Shown piece after piece: positions 28,214 to 38,104 of a stretch of DNA of 44,323 nucleotides (position 1 is the stretch's first letter; every line of letters begins with the position of its first letter). A program made the position numbers and the translations under genes. The stretch is taken from NCBI GenBank assembly GCA_036338595.1, contig JAYZBV010000114.1:1-44323 (forward strand). The letters run 5' to 3'. Under the pieces are notes generated by a model, which had not been told where the DNA came from, did no database searches, and saw nothing but the letters and a program-made list of their open reading frames with translations. This DNA comes from Planctomycetota bacterium. GTDB taxonomy: Bacteria; Planctomycetota; UBA8108; UBA1146.

Positions 28214-29016
28214 CCCGGACCCGCTTCCGAATTCGTGCTGACACTGGCGACGATCCACAACTGGACCTCCAGACCGGACGCCTCCAGCGCAGCGGTCGCC
28301 GCTCGGAGAGTGGCACCGGTAGTGTAGACATCGTCGATGAGGACTACCTGGTTCTGGCGAGCTGAGGCAGCACGCCGAGCGATCCTCGGTTGAAACACGC
28401 CTGCAGGGAGATGTTTTCTGCGGCCTGCGCTCAAACTCACCTGGGTGGGCCCGCGGCGTCTTCGTAGCAGATGACGACATCTGAGTCCCAGTTTTCTGGC
28501 CAGCGGAATCGCCATTCTCTCGGCAAAGGAGACTCCCCGACGGCAACGTCGGAGCCAGTGCCTGGGCACGGGCACCACCCAGGGTGTTTCCTGGATGTCT
28601 GGCCATCGCAACGGGATGATCGCTGCCAGGGCCGCCGAGAGCAGTTCTGCCACATCATCCCGGTGCTGCCGCTTTCCGAGCAAGATCAACTGCCGCAGTG
28701 CTCCCTCGTGTGTCGAGAGGTGAACCATCGGTCGAAGCGGATCGCCCGCTCGGCAGCCGCGACAGTTGCCGGCTCTGTCGGAGCCGCTGTGCAGGCAGCG
28801 GCAGCACACCGGCGAGATGGGTGGGAGTTGGGTCTGGCATCGGTCACAGAGCGCTCTCCCGGGGTTCGGCGGGCAGGCACAGAGTCTACAGGTCTCTGGC
28901 CATAGCAGCGTCACCAGTGAGGCGAGGACCGATGCCGGTCGATGGCCGTCCTCGGGAGCGGAACTGGACCGTCGATCTGGACAGCCAGAGGCAATGCCGC
29001 TATCGTCGGTGCCCAT
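28192..29016 (-). CDS. ComF family phosphoribosyltransferase with double zinc ribbon (start uncertain)
   Basis: CxxC pairs (CRLC, CDRC, CCRC, CRGC), VVPVPRH, RRG, VLIDDVYTTGATL PRPP-binding motif. The ORF extension to 29100 overlaps tRNA-Met and is not real. Confidence 0.85.
   Translation of the reverse strand: MGTDDSGIASGCPDRRSSSAPEDGHRPASVLASLVTLLWPETCRLCACPPNPGRALCDRCQTQLPPISPVCCRCLHSGSDRAGNCRGCRAGDPLRPMVHLSTHEGALRQLILLGKRQHRDDVAELLSAALAAIIPLRWPDIQETPWVVPVPRHWLRRCRRGVSFAERMAIPLARKLGLRCRHLLRRRRGPTQVSLSAGRRKHLPAGVFQPRIARRAASARQNQVVLIDDVYTTGATLRAATAALEASGLEVQLWIVASVSTNSEAGPGYGMATR
28978..29006 (+). promoter_or_regulatory. Putative promoter for tRNA-Met
   Basis: TGGACA (28978-28983), 17-bp spacer, TATCGT (29001-29006), 10 bp before the tRNA. 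Confidence 0.5.
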
Positions 29017-29092
29017 GCCGGTGTAGCTCAGTTGGTAGAGCAAAGGAATCATAATCCTTGGGTCCGGGGTTCGAGTCCCTGCGCCGGTACCA
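29017..29092 (+). tRNA. tRNA-Met(CAT), probably elongator
   Basis: GCCGGTGTAGCTCAGTTGGTAGAGC-AAAGGA-ATCATAA-TCCTT...GGTTCGAGTCC...CGCCGGTACCA; lacks the initiator C1:A72 mismatch and the GGG/CCC anticodon stem. Confidence 0.9.
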
Positions 29093-29104
29093 TTTTTCAA
29101 AAGG

Positions 29105-29139
29105 AACTCCCGGTCGACCAGGTCGATCGGGAGTTTTTC
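29105..29139 (+). terminator. Rho-independent terminator after tRNA-Met
   Basis: AACTCCCGGTCGACC-A-GGTCGATCGGGAGTT followed by TTT. Confidence 0.8.
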
Positions 29140-29192
29140 ATCGATCTACGACCGCATCCGATGCACGATCTCTTCCGGCACCTCGGAGATGA

Positions 29193-29585
29193 GTGCAATT
29201 GACAGGCCAACTTCGAGGGCGGGAAGGGGACCGTATCAATTCTGAAGAGCCCACTCCCACCGATCCGGATCGCCCGGTCATCGACGAGGCTCTGGTTCGA
29301 TCCACCGCACTCCTGGCAAGACTTGAAGTTTCTGATGATGAGGTTGCCGGGCTGGTAGATCACATGGAGAAGATCCTCGATCTGGTCGACGTGTTGAGAT
29401 CAGTAGAGATCCCGGAAGATCACCAGACCGATGCCGCGGTGCCTTCGATTTGTGTTTCAGACGCTCGCCTCGATCAACCGGCGATGGAGCACGACCCGGG
29501 AGGCCCGAGAGACCAGGCGGCGATCGGCGAAAATGCTCCTGACTGGCGCGATGGCACCTTTGTGACACCGCGAGTCGTCGGGTAG
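29193..29585 (+). CDS. gatC: Asp/Glu-tRNA amidotransferase subunit C (start uncertain)
   Basis: VRSTALLARLEV, ILDLVDVL, NAPDWRDGTFVTPRVV; directly upstream of gatA. Confidence 0.85.
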   Translation: MQLTGQLRGREGDRINSEEPTPTDPDRPVIDEALVRSTALLARLEVSDDEVAGLVDHMEKILDLVDVLRSVEIPEDHQTDAAVPSICVSDARLDQPAMEHDPGGPRDQAAIGENAPDWRDGTFVTPRVVG

Positions 29586-29595
29586 GAGGTCACCG

Positions 29596-31059
29596 ATGTC
29601 GAGCTCTCCTTCCCTCCCTCCTCGCCATGCCACGGTCGGTGAGGTGACCCGGTGGCTCGGCGAGCGCCATTGTACTGCGCGGCAACTGATCGATGGATAT
29701 CTCGACTTCCTCGCTGACCGGGGGCGAGAAATCGGTGCAGTGGTGGAGACCTTTCCCGAGCAGGCGCGTGCGGCTGCCGATCTGAGTGATCAGAGAAGAG
29801 CGGCAGGAGAGGTTCTGGGACCGCTCGATGGCATCCCATTCACCGTCAAGATGAACATCACTACCGAACTGGGAACCAGCGATGCATCCAGCTCGATCTT
29901 GAAAGGCTTTCGAGCACACGAGGACGCCACAGCAGTTCGCAGGCTACTGGCCGCTGGCGCCGTACTCACCGGCAAGAGCAGTTGCGATGAGTTTGCGATG
30001 GGCGCTTCCAACGAGACATCGTCGCATGGAGTGGTGTCGAACCCGTGGGATCGAGGACGGGTCCCCGGTGGTTCGAGTGGTGGGGCGGCGGCGCTGGCGG
30101 GGAGCCATGGCTGGGCCTTCCACCTCGGAAGCGATACCGGTGGATCGATCCGCCAGCCGGCAGCATTCTGCAGTGCGACCGGCATCAAGCCGACCTGGGG
30201 CCGGGTTTCCAGGCGAGGATTGATCGCCTTCGGGTCGAGCCTCGACCAGATCTGTCCGGTGGCCCGCGACTCTGAAGACTGTCGACAGGTGCTGCAGGTG
30301 ATGGAAGGACACGACCCCCTCGATGCCACCAGTTTGACCCTGGATGAAGAAGATGTGCAGCCGATCTCCAGGGTGGCGCTGGTCTCCGAGGGATTTGGTG
30401 CCGGGATCGATGAGCAGATCGCGACGGCCGTGCGCACTGCGGCAGCGCAGATGGCAGACCAGGGCATCGAGATCATCGAGCGATCGCTGCCTCATCTCGA
30501 GGCGGCCAATGCGTGCTACCAGGTGATCTCCACTGCTGAGGCGTCTTCGAATCTGGCCCGTTACGACGGGGTACATGTCGGAGCCAGGGAAGCTGCCGGG
30601 GATCTACAATCGTTGTACGAGACCAGCCGTCATCGGGGATTTGGCAGTGAGGTGAGGCGACGCATCTTGCTGGGAACCTTCGTTCTGTCGGCAGGATACC
30701 GGGACGCCTATTACACCAGAGCCCAATCTGTGCGCGATCTGATCAGGGAAGGGATCGACCATGTGCTCGAGGAGTGTGATGCACTGCTGTTACCTGTATC
30801 TCCCTTCGCACCCTTCCCCATCGGCGAAAAGATAGATGACCCGATCGCATTGTACGCTTGCGACATCCTGACGGTGACCGCCAATCTTGCGGGTGTTCCT
30901 GCGCTGGCACTCCCCTGCGGATTCGATTCCTCCGGGTTGCCCATCGGAATGCAGTTGATGGGTGCCAGAGGCAGCGATCATCGGCTCCTTGAAATGGGAT
31001 CCCGCTGGCAGCAGTGGACCAACCATCATCGAGCTCTCCCGGAAGGGGGGGCGGCATGA
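29596..31059 (+). CDS. gatA: Asp/Glu-tRNA amidotransferase subunit A
   Basis: Amidase signature GGSSGG...GSDTGGSIRQPAAFC; EASSNLARYDG; GFGSEVRRRILLGTFVLSAGY. Confidence 0.96.
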   Translation: MSSSPSLPPRHATVGEVTRWLGERHCTARQLIDGYLDFLADRGREIGAVVETFPEQARAAADLSDQRRAAGEVLGPLDGIPFTVKMNITTELGTSDASSSILKGFRAHEDATAVRRLLAAGAVLTGKSSCDEFAMGASNETSSHGVVSNPWDRGRVPGGSSGGAAALAGSHGWAFHLGSDTGGSIRQPAAFCSATGIKPTWGRVSRRGLIAFGSSLDQICPVARDSEDCRQVLQVMEGHDPLDATSLTLDEEDVQPISRVALVSEGFGAGIDEQIATAVRTAAAQMADQGIEIIERSLPHLEAANACYQVISTAEASSNLARYDGVHVGAREAAGDLQSLYETSRHRGFGSEVRRRILLGTFVLSAGYRDAYYTRAQSVRDLIREGIDHVLEECDALLLPVSPFAPFPIGEKIDDPIALYACDILTVTANLAGVPALALPCGFDSSGLPIGMQLMGARGSDHRLLEMGSRWQQWTNHHRALPEGGAA

Positions 31060-32486
31060 CATGGCAAACCGTAGTCGGGCTGGAGATTCATGCCCAGATG
31101 TCGACCGAGACCAAGATGTTCTGCGCCTGCGTCCGTGAAACGGGTTCCGAGGCCAATCGCAATATCTGCCCCGTTTGCACCGGCTGGCCCGGTGCCCTGC
31201 CGGTGCTCAACGAGGCAGCGGTCCGGCGCGCGATTCGTGCCGCCATCAGTCTCGGCTGTCAGATCCAGCCAGAAAGCCGCTTCGACCGCAAGAATTACTT
31301 CTATCCCGATCTGCCCAAGGGATACCAGATCAGCCAGTTTTACCGCCCTTATGCGCTCGGGGGCGAGATACCCTTCCCCCGTGAAGACGGTACCGATGGC
31401 ATCTTGCCGCTGGTGCGCATCCACATGGAGGAGGACGCAGGGAAATCCATCCATGCCGATGATCAGACGAGCAGGATTGATCTGAATCGGTGTAGCAGCC
31501 CGCTACTGGAGATTGTCACCGAGCCGTTGCCGATGAGCGGGGTCGAGGCAGCGAACTGTGTCAGATCGACGCGCGAGATCTTGCGATGGATCGGGGTCAG
31601 TGATGCAGACATGGAAAAAGGCAACCTGAGAGCCGATGTCAACGTATCTGTTCGCCCGACAGGGTCGGATCCACTCGGCACCAGAACCGAACTGAAAAAT
31701 CTGAACTCCTTCGTGTCCATCCAGAGATCGGTAGAGGTGGAATCTGCACGACAGGTCCAGGTGCTGGAAGCGGGGGGTGTCATCCGACAGGAGACGCGCC
31801 TGTGGCATCAAGAGGATGAAGTGACGGAAGAGATGAGGGGCAAGGAAGATTCTCCAGATTACCGATACTTCCCCGATCCCGACCTTCCCGTGCTGATCAT
31901 CGAATCTTCAGATATCGAGCGTGAACGACTGTCATTACCCGAGACTCCAGCGAGCAGAAGGGTGCGACTCGTCGAGCAGTTACAGATTGCTCCGCTCGAG
32001 GCCGAGTCAATCCTTGCCAGGAGAGAGTTCGGCGACTTCTTCGATGCATTGATGGCGGCAGGGTTATCCGTGGCTTCCGCATCCAACTGGTTTCGTGGGG
32101 AGGTGCTGAGACACCTCAATGAGCTGGAGATAGCGATGGAAGACTACCCACTGACCGCTGAATCGATTGCGGAGGTGGTGAAATCGGTGGAAGGGGATCG
32201 AATCAGTGTCGCCAAGGGACGCGAGATTCTTCAGCAGTCGATCGAAGAGGGAAGATCTCCGACCGAGATCCTGGCCGGGACCAGTGAGCAGGTCAGCGAC
32301 GAATCGACACTGGTGGCATGGGTCCAGGGTGTCCTCGAGTCACAACCGGAAGCTGTGGAAAAAATCCGTGGGGGAGATGCGAGATTGCTGGGATTTCTTA
32401 CCGGGCAGGTGATGCAGGCAAGTAAAGGAGCGGCGAATCCGCGCAAGGTGCAGCAGATTCTCGAGCGCTTGATTCAGCAGTCCTGA
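31056..32486 (+). CDS. gatB: Asp/Glu-tRNA amidotransferase subunit B
   Basis: VGLEIHAQ, FDRKNYFYPDLPKGYQISQ, IHMEEDAGK, DYRYFPDPDL; ATGA overlap with gatA. Confidence 0.97.
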   Translation: MTWQTVVGLEIHAQMSTETKMFCACVRETGSEANRNICPVCTGWPGALPVLNEAAVRRAIRAAISLGCQIQPESRFDRKNYFYPDLPKGYQISQFYRPYALGGEIPFPREDGTDGILPLVRIHMEEDAGKSIHADDQTSRIDLNRCSSPLLEIVTEPLPMSGVEAANCVRSTREILRWIGVSDADMEKGNLRADVNVSVRPTGSDPLGTRTELKNLNSFVSIQRSVEVESARQVQVLEAGGVIRQETRLWHQEDEVTEEMRGKEDSPDYRYFPDPDLPVLIIESSDIERERLSLPETPASRRVRLVEQLQIAPLEAESILARREFGDFFDALMAAGLSVASASNWFRGEVLRHLNELEIAMEDYPLTAESIAEVVKSVEGDRISVAKGREILQQSIEEGRSPTEILAGTSEQVSDESTLVAWVQGVLESQPEAVEKIRGGDARLLGFLTGQVMQASKGAANPRKVQQILERLIQQS

Positions 32487-32491
32487 TGATT

Positions 32492-34615
32492 TCAAGGCCT
32501 CGGCAGCACGATCGATTCTGGCCCCTGGGCGGTGATCACATATTCACTGAGCCTCCCACCCAGATCGAGCGTCACCATTCTGGATCCGAAAGGTGGGATC
32601 TCGATCCATGTCGGGAGGTCGATCAGTTCACCGGATTCCGTGACCATCCTGGTCTGCGCACCTGATTCGATGCGAACTGGAATGGTCAATCCCATCGTCG
32701 CGTCATTGGAAGGGAATTGTTCCAGCAGCAGTAAACTCCAGCGACGAACTGCAGGAAGATCTGTCATGTCTCGCGCCTTTTCAACCAGAATCCGTAGTTC
32801 TGCTGCATCGCGATCTTGCTGGCGCCAGTTGGCGAGCAGTTGCTTGGCCTGAGCGGCTGCTCCGAACTGGATGGCGGTCTCCAGCTTCTGTCTCGCCTGA
32901 AGGTGGTTGCCGAGGAGCCGTGCTCCGCGTGCGTCCTGGAGTGCATCCTGTGCTGCGCTGGCGTAATTGCGTTGACTGTCCTTGCTTCGTTCATCGACGA
33001 GTACCGCTGCGCTTTCGATGCCTTCCTTCCAGGGCCCTGGAGGAAGCCATTGCAACCAGGGCCGTGCTTGCTGACGCCACTGTTCGGGAGGAAGGGTTTC
33101 TGCGCTGGCGATCACTCCCTGAAGCGAGAATTCTGCGACCGAAAGGATGATGGCGATGGCGATGAAGGGTGCGAGCATGCAGAACTGACGTATCCGACCG
33201 AGTGCGACCCTACCTTTTATTGACTGTTGATCCTCCACGCCGCGCTTTCTGCGTAGTTTCCTGACGCTATCAGCGATCTGTCTTGCCCGCAGGATATTTC
33301 CCTCGGCAGCTTGGCGAGCTGCGAGTCGCTCAAGAGCGGCTTCCGATGCTTGTTCCTCGCCGTGGTCGAGCAGGAAGTCGATCCGGGCCTGTTGCATCTC
33401 TTCACTTTCAGGGTGAAGCGCCTCGAGGCTGTCCACCAGTCTCAGAGACCGGTTTCGATGCGAGTTCCTGTGCAACAGCGATGCGATGCGTAACCCTTCA
33501 CGGATCTGCATCGTGGGATTGTCGTGCGAAGCGATCAGCCGCAATCTCAACTGGTCATCATCAGAGACCTCGATCGCTCTTCGAAGATAACGACGACCCT
33601 CTTCAGGCTGGCTTCCAGCGAGCAGTTGGTCTGCTCGTTCCACGAGGATTTCGATCCGGATTTCGGACGCCTCTTCATCTTCTGGTTTCTCCGCGAGAAG
33701 GTGGTCGAGAATGGCAATGGCAGATTCTGGTTCTCTGGCAGCTCGGTGCGCATCGACGAGGCGTATCTCGACGGAGCGTATGGCATCCTGATCACCGGAG
33801 ACGCGATGAAGTCGACGCAGCCGGTCGAGGATCTTCACGGGCTCAACCGCCATCGGTGTTGCCTGCTCCAGTTGTTCGAGCAGCTCAGATCGGGCACTGG
33901 CATCGAGTTGATCGAGTTGAACACGAGACAACTCGGGGAACTTCTTCTTGAGGACCCAACCGGATCTGGCGGCTTCGGCGAGGTGATGACGTGTCCAGGT
34001 CCAGGAGAAGGGGGAGTCCGCTTCGATCTCGCGGATGGTTCTGAATCCATCGATCAGCATCCCAATTCGAGAAAAGATCCAGCAATGGTGCTCGTCTCTG
34101 GCCTTCACTCCCAGCGGGGAGAGCAGCAACAATTCCTGCTCTGAAGGCAAGATGCTGAGTGCAGTCTCCACCAGTTCAAGTTGCTGAGTGAGTTCAGACA
34201 GCATCGGCTTCGAGTGGATTCCCTTGCTGAACTCGATCGATTCTCTGGCCGCTTCTTCAAACAGGAATACTTCTCCGCACGACAGAAAAGTATCTACCAG
34301 CACCCAGCACGCTTGGTTCAGGCAAATTTCTGTACGGATCGCTGGATCCAGTTCCTCGACAGGTGACAACAGCAACTCGATGTCACGTGTCTCTGAATAC
34401 CACCGAGCGAGCAGAGAATCGAGTCGGTCCACTGCGAGGTGCTCTTGCCAGAGGTCGGATGCTGGATAGTGGAGAGGGGACTGCCCATCCGCGAACTGGA
34501 AGAACTCACCATCGAAAAGCACTTTCCGTGCCGCTCGGCCACTTCCCAGATGGAAGGTGCCTGGGGTTTTCTGGCGTATCTTCTGGTCGAGGATTTTCTT
34601 CAGTTCGATGTTCAT
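32492..34615 (-). CDS. Membrane-anchored TPR-like helical protein with DUF4388-like N-terminus
   Basis: Probable start MNIELKK (34615); GTFHL..G..RKVLF; IDGFRTIREI winged-helix-like segment; TPR-like helices; one TM helix (FCMLAPFIAIAIILSVA). Confidence 0.6.
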   Translation of the reverse strand: MNIELKKILDQKIRQKTPGTFHLGSGRAARKVLFDGEFFQFADGQSPLHYPASDLWQEHLAVDRLDSLLARWYSETRDIELLLSPVEELDPAIRTEICLNQACWVLVDTFLSCGEVFLFEEAARESIEFSKGIHSKPMLSELTQQLELVETALSILPSEQELLLLSPLGVKARDEHHCWIFSRIGMLIDGFRTIREIEADSPFSWTWTRHHLAEAARSGWVLKKKFPELSRVQLDQLDASARSELLEQLEQATPMAVEPVKILDRLRRLHRVSGDQDAIRSVEIRLVDAHRAAREPESAIAILDHLLAEKPEDEEASEIRIEILVERADQLLAGSQPEEGRRYLRRAIEVSDDDQLRLRLIASHDNPTMQIREGLRIASLLHRNSHRNRSLRLVDSLEALHPESEEMQQARIDFLLDHGEEQASEAALERLAARQAAEGNILRARQIADSVRKLRRKRGVEDQQSIKGRVALGRIRQFCMLAPFIAIAIILSVAEFSLQGVIASAETLPPEQWRQQARPWLQWLPPGPWKEGIESAAVLVDERSKDSQRNYASAAQDALQDARGARLLGNHLQARQKLETAIQFGAAAQAKQLLANWRQQDRDAAELRILVEKARDMTDLPAVRRWSLLLLEQFPSNDATMGLTIPVRIESGAQTRMVTESGELIDLPTWIEIPPFGSRMVTLDLGGRLSEYVITAQGPESIVLPRP

Positions 34616-34617
34616 GG

Positions 34618-35724
34618 TCAGTGCGTTCCCCTCGTCTTGAGGACCTTCCATGGATGTTTTCGAAGGGCGGTGGCGAGTGGGAGCAACGGATCTGATTTGG
34701 CCAGGTTCGAAATGGTGGTGTCGAGCAGTTGCCATGCTCCGGGGTGTCTGCTGCGCGCAAGTCCGCAAAGTGCTGCTGCTCGAATTTCATCGGAGGTGGA
34801 GTGCAACAGGGAGTAGATGGCACTGCGGCAGGGTGCGGCTTCCGAGAGGCCCAGCGATTCTATGCAATGGAGACGCAAAGAGGGGTCATTCGAGGCGATC
34901 CCCTGCAGTAGCCAGGGGCTCGCTTCTTCGATGCCCAGGTTTCGATAGGCGACTGCAAGGCGCTTTTTTGCCGCGGCATTTGCAGCGGGCCATGCACTGA
35001 CCAACCTTGCGAAGTGTCTCGGCGTGCCGTGTGTCTTGAGATACTGCAGCGTCAACATCGAGACCGCAGGGTCCTTCGAATGGGGAACCAGATCAGCAAG
35101 GCCTGTCGGCTCGAATCTCCAGCCGCGCTGCAAGAATAGTTCCAGCCAGGATCTTTGTGTTGCCGTGTCGACCTCCTGGCCGAAGGCATTGGAGATGACC
35201 TTGAACTGCCTCGCATCCGGCTCGGGGCCGCGAACTCTCCACCAGCCGATGGCGATCCTCCGAACCGTGGCATCGATGGCTCCCAGCAGTGTGAGGGGGA
35301 TTGCTGGATCCACATCGGGTTCCATGAGTTGCTCGAGTGCGGGAAGCACGGACGGATCCTGGATGGAAAAAAGACCGCCGGGCAGGACCGTGGCGTCTGC
35401 AGCAGGAAATTCACCTCCTGCATGATACGCCACGAGCCATGCCCCGCGGTGCCCAGGGAGTGCTCCGATTCCCTCGGTGCCCTCACCTTCCGGCTCTCTC
35501 AGCCACCAACTTTCCTGTCCGACGGTACCGGTACCTGGATCGATGGTGATCCTGTAGAGGCGGTCCCTCTCTCCTTCGATGATCTCGACCACGGTTCCGT
35601 GAAGGATGTGATCGGAGTGGCTAAACAGTGGCCATGGGTCTTCAGCACCCGGTGCGGGAAGCCCGTACAGGCAACAGCAGGCGATGATCAGAAGGATCTT
35701 TGTCAGTTTCTTGTTGTCGTTCAT
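34618..35724 (-). CDS. Secreted HEAT-repeat protein
   Basis: Signal peptide; HEAT-like DATVRRIAI, DPSLRLHCIESLG, DEIRAAALCGLA. Confidence 0.7.
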   Translation of the reverse strand: MNDNKKLTKILLIIACCCLYGLPAPGAEDPWPLFSHSDHILHGTVVEIIEGERDRLYRITIDPGTGTVGQESWWLREPEGEGTEGIGALPGHRGAWLVAYHAGGEFPAADATVLPGGLFSIQDPSVLPALEQLMEPDVDPAIPLTLLGAIDATVRRIAIGWWRVRGPEPDARQFKVISNAFGQEVDTATQRSWLELFLQRGWRFEPTGLADLVPHSKDPAVSMLTLQYLKTHGTPRHFARLVSAWPAANAAAKKRLAVAYRNLGIEEASPWLLQGIASNDPSLRLHCIESLGLSEAAPCRSAIYSLLHSTSDEIRAAALCGLARSRHPGAWQLLDTTISNLAKSDPLLPLATALRKHPWKVLKTRGTH

Positions 35725-37824
35725 CTAGGGCTCCAGCGTGGTCCACTCGGCGATGTACGCCTCGTTCAATGGGTTGAAGCGATACCCGACATCTCCCTCG
35801 ACGAGAGCGGAGGTCAGGCCCAGTGCCGATGACATCACATTCAAGCCTGGTGTATCGATGTGAAATGAAGTCGTGTAAGGACCGGTGAAATCAGCACTGG
35901 AGACACCGCCGAACAGTCCCGTAGGAGGCGAGCCATTGGCACACAGGCCGACGGAATGTCCCACTTCATGGGCCGCCACCACTGCATTGATCCGACTCCA
36001 CGCATCAATTGCGTCCCAGACGCCGTCGTAGCGCTGGTTCTGTGCAGTGGAGTTGGTCGGGTTGAGCCGCTCGAAACCGGAACCGAGGACGAGCGGATCG
36101 AGTGGATGCTCGCCCACCGGTACACCCAGCTGCGGGAGAACCTCCTGGAATCGATTCCTGAAGGTCCATGAGTTCCAGTAGAACTGCACCATGTTACTGG
36201 AGAAGACGCCGCGATTGGCGGCGCGTTCATCATTGGCTGTTCCGTTACGGTAGTCGAAGGTCGCGCGTCCGAGTGCGTAGCTGTACGGGTCCACATCATC
36301 GCCACCGATGCCGATGGCGCTGGTCGCATCGACGGCACTGGTCTGGAATCGCAACTGAGGTTGAAGACTCTCTTCATCGGGTGAAGTGGATTCTCCGAAA
36401 TATTGCTTCATCAGGTCGACGATGGCCTGCTCGACCCACATGCGAACCCGCATGTTGGTGCCTGCAGCAGCTGCTGCCGAACTCGGCTGATCAGACTGCA
36501 GTCCCAGCGTCAGCAGATCTTGCCTGTGGTCAGGCTCACCATCGGCACCGGGAGTCGCGAAGGGGTTGAGATTGCCGAACTGGTCCGTTTGCAAACCGAT
36601 GATGTAATTGTCGCGCTGGAAATCGACGTGCCACCGATCCTGCCAGTCGAAGGGCCGAGCCGAGGCAGCACCGGGGGTGACCAGTACCTGGAACAGCCGA
36701 TCCTCGGAAGGATTGCCGCGGATATCGTCGATGCTGGCGGACAATGTCAGCAGGCCCAGAGGTAGGGGGTGCAGTTCTGACACTCTCCAGGAAGCCGTTG
36801 ATCCTTCGATGACGAAGAGGTCCTCAATTGGCTCACCAACCTCACGTCCTGCGATCGATTGATCTGCCGAGATGGCAAGAGTCGCAACATCGGGGGCCGC
36901 TCCACCGGCACCGGCGCTCCATCCGATGTGGATCTGAGTGCCCAGAGTCGGAATTGACAGAAGGAAAGGCACATCCGCGCCCGTCCCATCGTCGTATGGC
37001 TCGCTTCCATTGAGGTAATCAGGAACCTCACCGATGGTGACAGATTCAATTTCTGGTGCGATGGTATTGAGTGCGATGTAGTTGCTGGTGGCCTGGGATG
37101 ATCCGACTGCGTCCGTGGCGACAATTCGTACCCTGGCAAATGGACTGACCACTCCCGGAGTATCGATGTGGGAGAGCCATATCAGTTCGACGGAATTGAT
37201 TCCCTTGTCGCCCGGGATGATGACATCTCCTGGAGTGTCAAGGGTCGACAGATTCCAGGGTTCAGTTCCATCGAGGGACCACTCCATGTGAACCGTAACA
37301 AAATCACCATCCGCATCCCAGATGAGACAGTTGATCGGGATGGGGCCACCCACGGGTCCGGATGGAATCGTCACGGAGTCGACCGAGGGAGCGGAGGGGT
37401 CACCGATGGAGAGCGGATCACTTCTTCTGGAGGCGTGCATCATTCCTTCGAGATCGTACAGGCGCACCTCCACGAGGATGTCAGCTTGAGGTAGCGTGAT
37501 CAGATCGCCTCGGAAGGACCATTCGGTGACGACCGGTTCGAAGGGCGGGATCAACTCGATATATCCCTGACTACCAGCAACCGGCGTGACCGGTAGCCAG
37601 TGTTGACCGAGATCATCGCTGAAGAAGATCTCCGCATCCCAGGTGCGGTCGTGCGGATCGACTACATCGAAGTGCACGAACGCCGAGATCGAATCGATCA
37701 CGACGGACAGGTTCTCGATGAGTGGAATGGTGGCTTCTGCAGAGACGCCCTTGCGGTGGCAACCAGACCAGGTGACCACGATGAGCAGCAGCACGATCGA
37801 TTGTAAGAAGAGGGAGCGAAGCAC
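35725..37824 (-). CDS. Lipoprotein with Ig-like domains and C-terminal metzincin-like metallopeptidase motif
   Basis: GTG start with GAGGA RBS; lipobox WSGC; beta-rich repeats; AAHEVGHSVGL and downstream NVMS Met-turn. Confidence 0.7.
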   Translation of the reverse strand: MLRSLFLQSIVLLLIVVTWSGCHRKGVSAEATIPLIENLSVVIDSISAFVHFDVVDPHDRTWDAEIFFSDDLGQHWLPVTPVAGSQGYIELIPPFEPVVTEWSFRGDLITLPQADILVEVRLYDLEGMMHASRRSDPLSIGDPSAPSVDSVTIPSGPVGGPIPINCLIWDADGDFVTVHMEWSLDGTEPWNLSTLDTPGDVIIPGDKGINSVELIWLSHIDTPGVVSPFARVRIVATDAVGSSQATSNYIALNTIAPEIESVTIGEVPDYLNGSEPYDDGTGADVPFLLSIPTLGTQIHIGWSAGAGGAAPDVATLAISADQSIAGREVGEPIEDLFVIEGSTASWRVSELHPLPLGLLTLSASIDDIRGNPSEDRLFQVLVTPGAASARPFDWQDRWHVDFQRDNYIIGLQTDQFGNLNPFATPGADGEPDHRQDLLTLGLQSDQPSSAAAAAGTNMRVRMWVEQAIVDLMKQYFGESTSPDEESLQPQLRFQTSAVDATSAIGIGGDDVDPYSYALGRATFDYRNGTANDERAANRGVFSSNMVQFYWNSWTFRNRFQEVLPQLGVPVGEHPLDPLVLGSGFERLNPTNSTAQNQRYDGVWDAIDAWSRINAVVAAHEVGHSVGLCANGSPPTGLFGGVSSADFTGPYTTSFHIDTPGLNVMSSALGLTSALVEGDVGYRFNPLNEAYIAEWTTLEP

Positions 37825-38104
37825 TGTATCCTCATCCTCACGCTCCAGTTCCCCCCCTCTCAAAACGGGAATGGCGCGTCATGTTCAGCTCGGCAACGCC
37901 GAAAGCAGGTTCGGGACACGAGGTCGCCCGAGAGACCATCAACACGGGTCATTGCCACTGGGGCGCTCCGACAGGAAAGAATACGACAATCCGCAAGAAG
38001 TGCCCAATCGGCCAGCATGGTGGGTGCTATCCTTCGATGAGGCAGGCGTTTACAATGCCAACTGGTCGGTATCGTATCGATCCGACTCCGGAAGGAAGCT
38101 GGCG

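Noticed and set aside
28300..28345. TGAT motif in ComF as a possible ApbE flavinylation site
   Set aside because: It is part of the standard PRPP-binding loop DDVxTTGAT.
29017..29100. N-terminal extension of the 28192-29100 ORF
   Set aside because: It is the antisense translation of tRNA-Met.
37643..38104. N-terminal 154 aa of the 628-aa vWA ORF
   Set aside because: Overlaps the divergent lipoprotein gene and looks non-protein-like; the real start is probably at 38105 or later.
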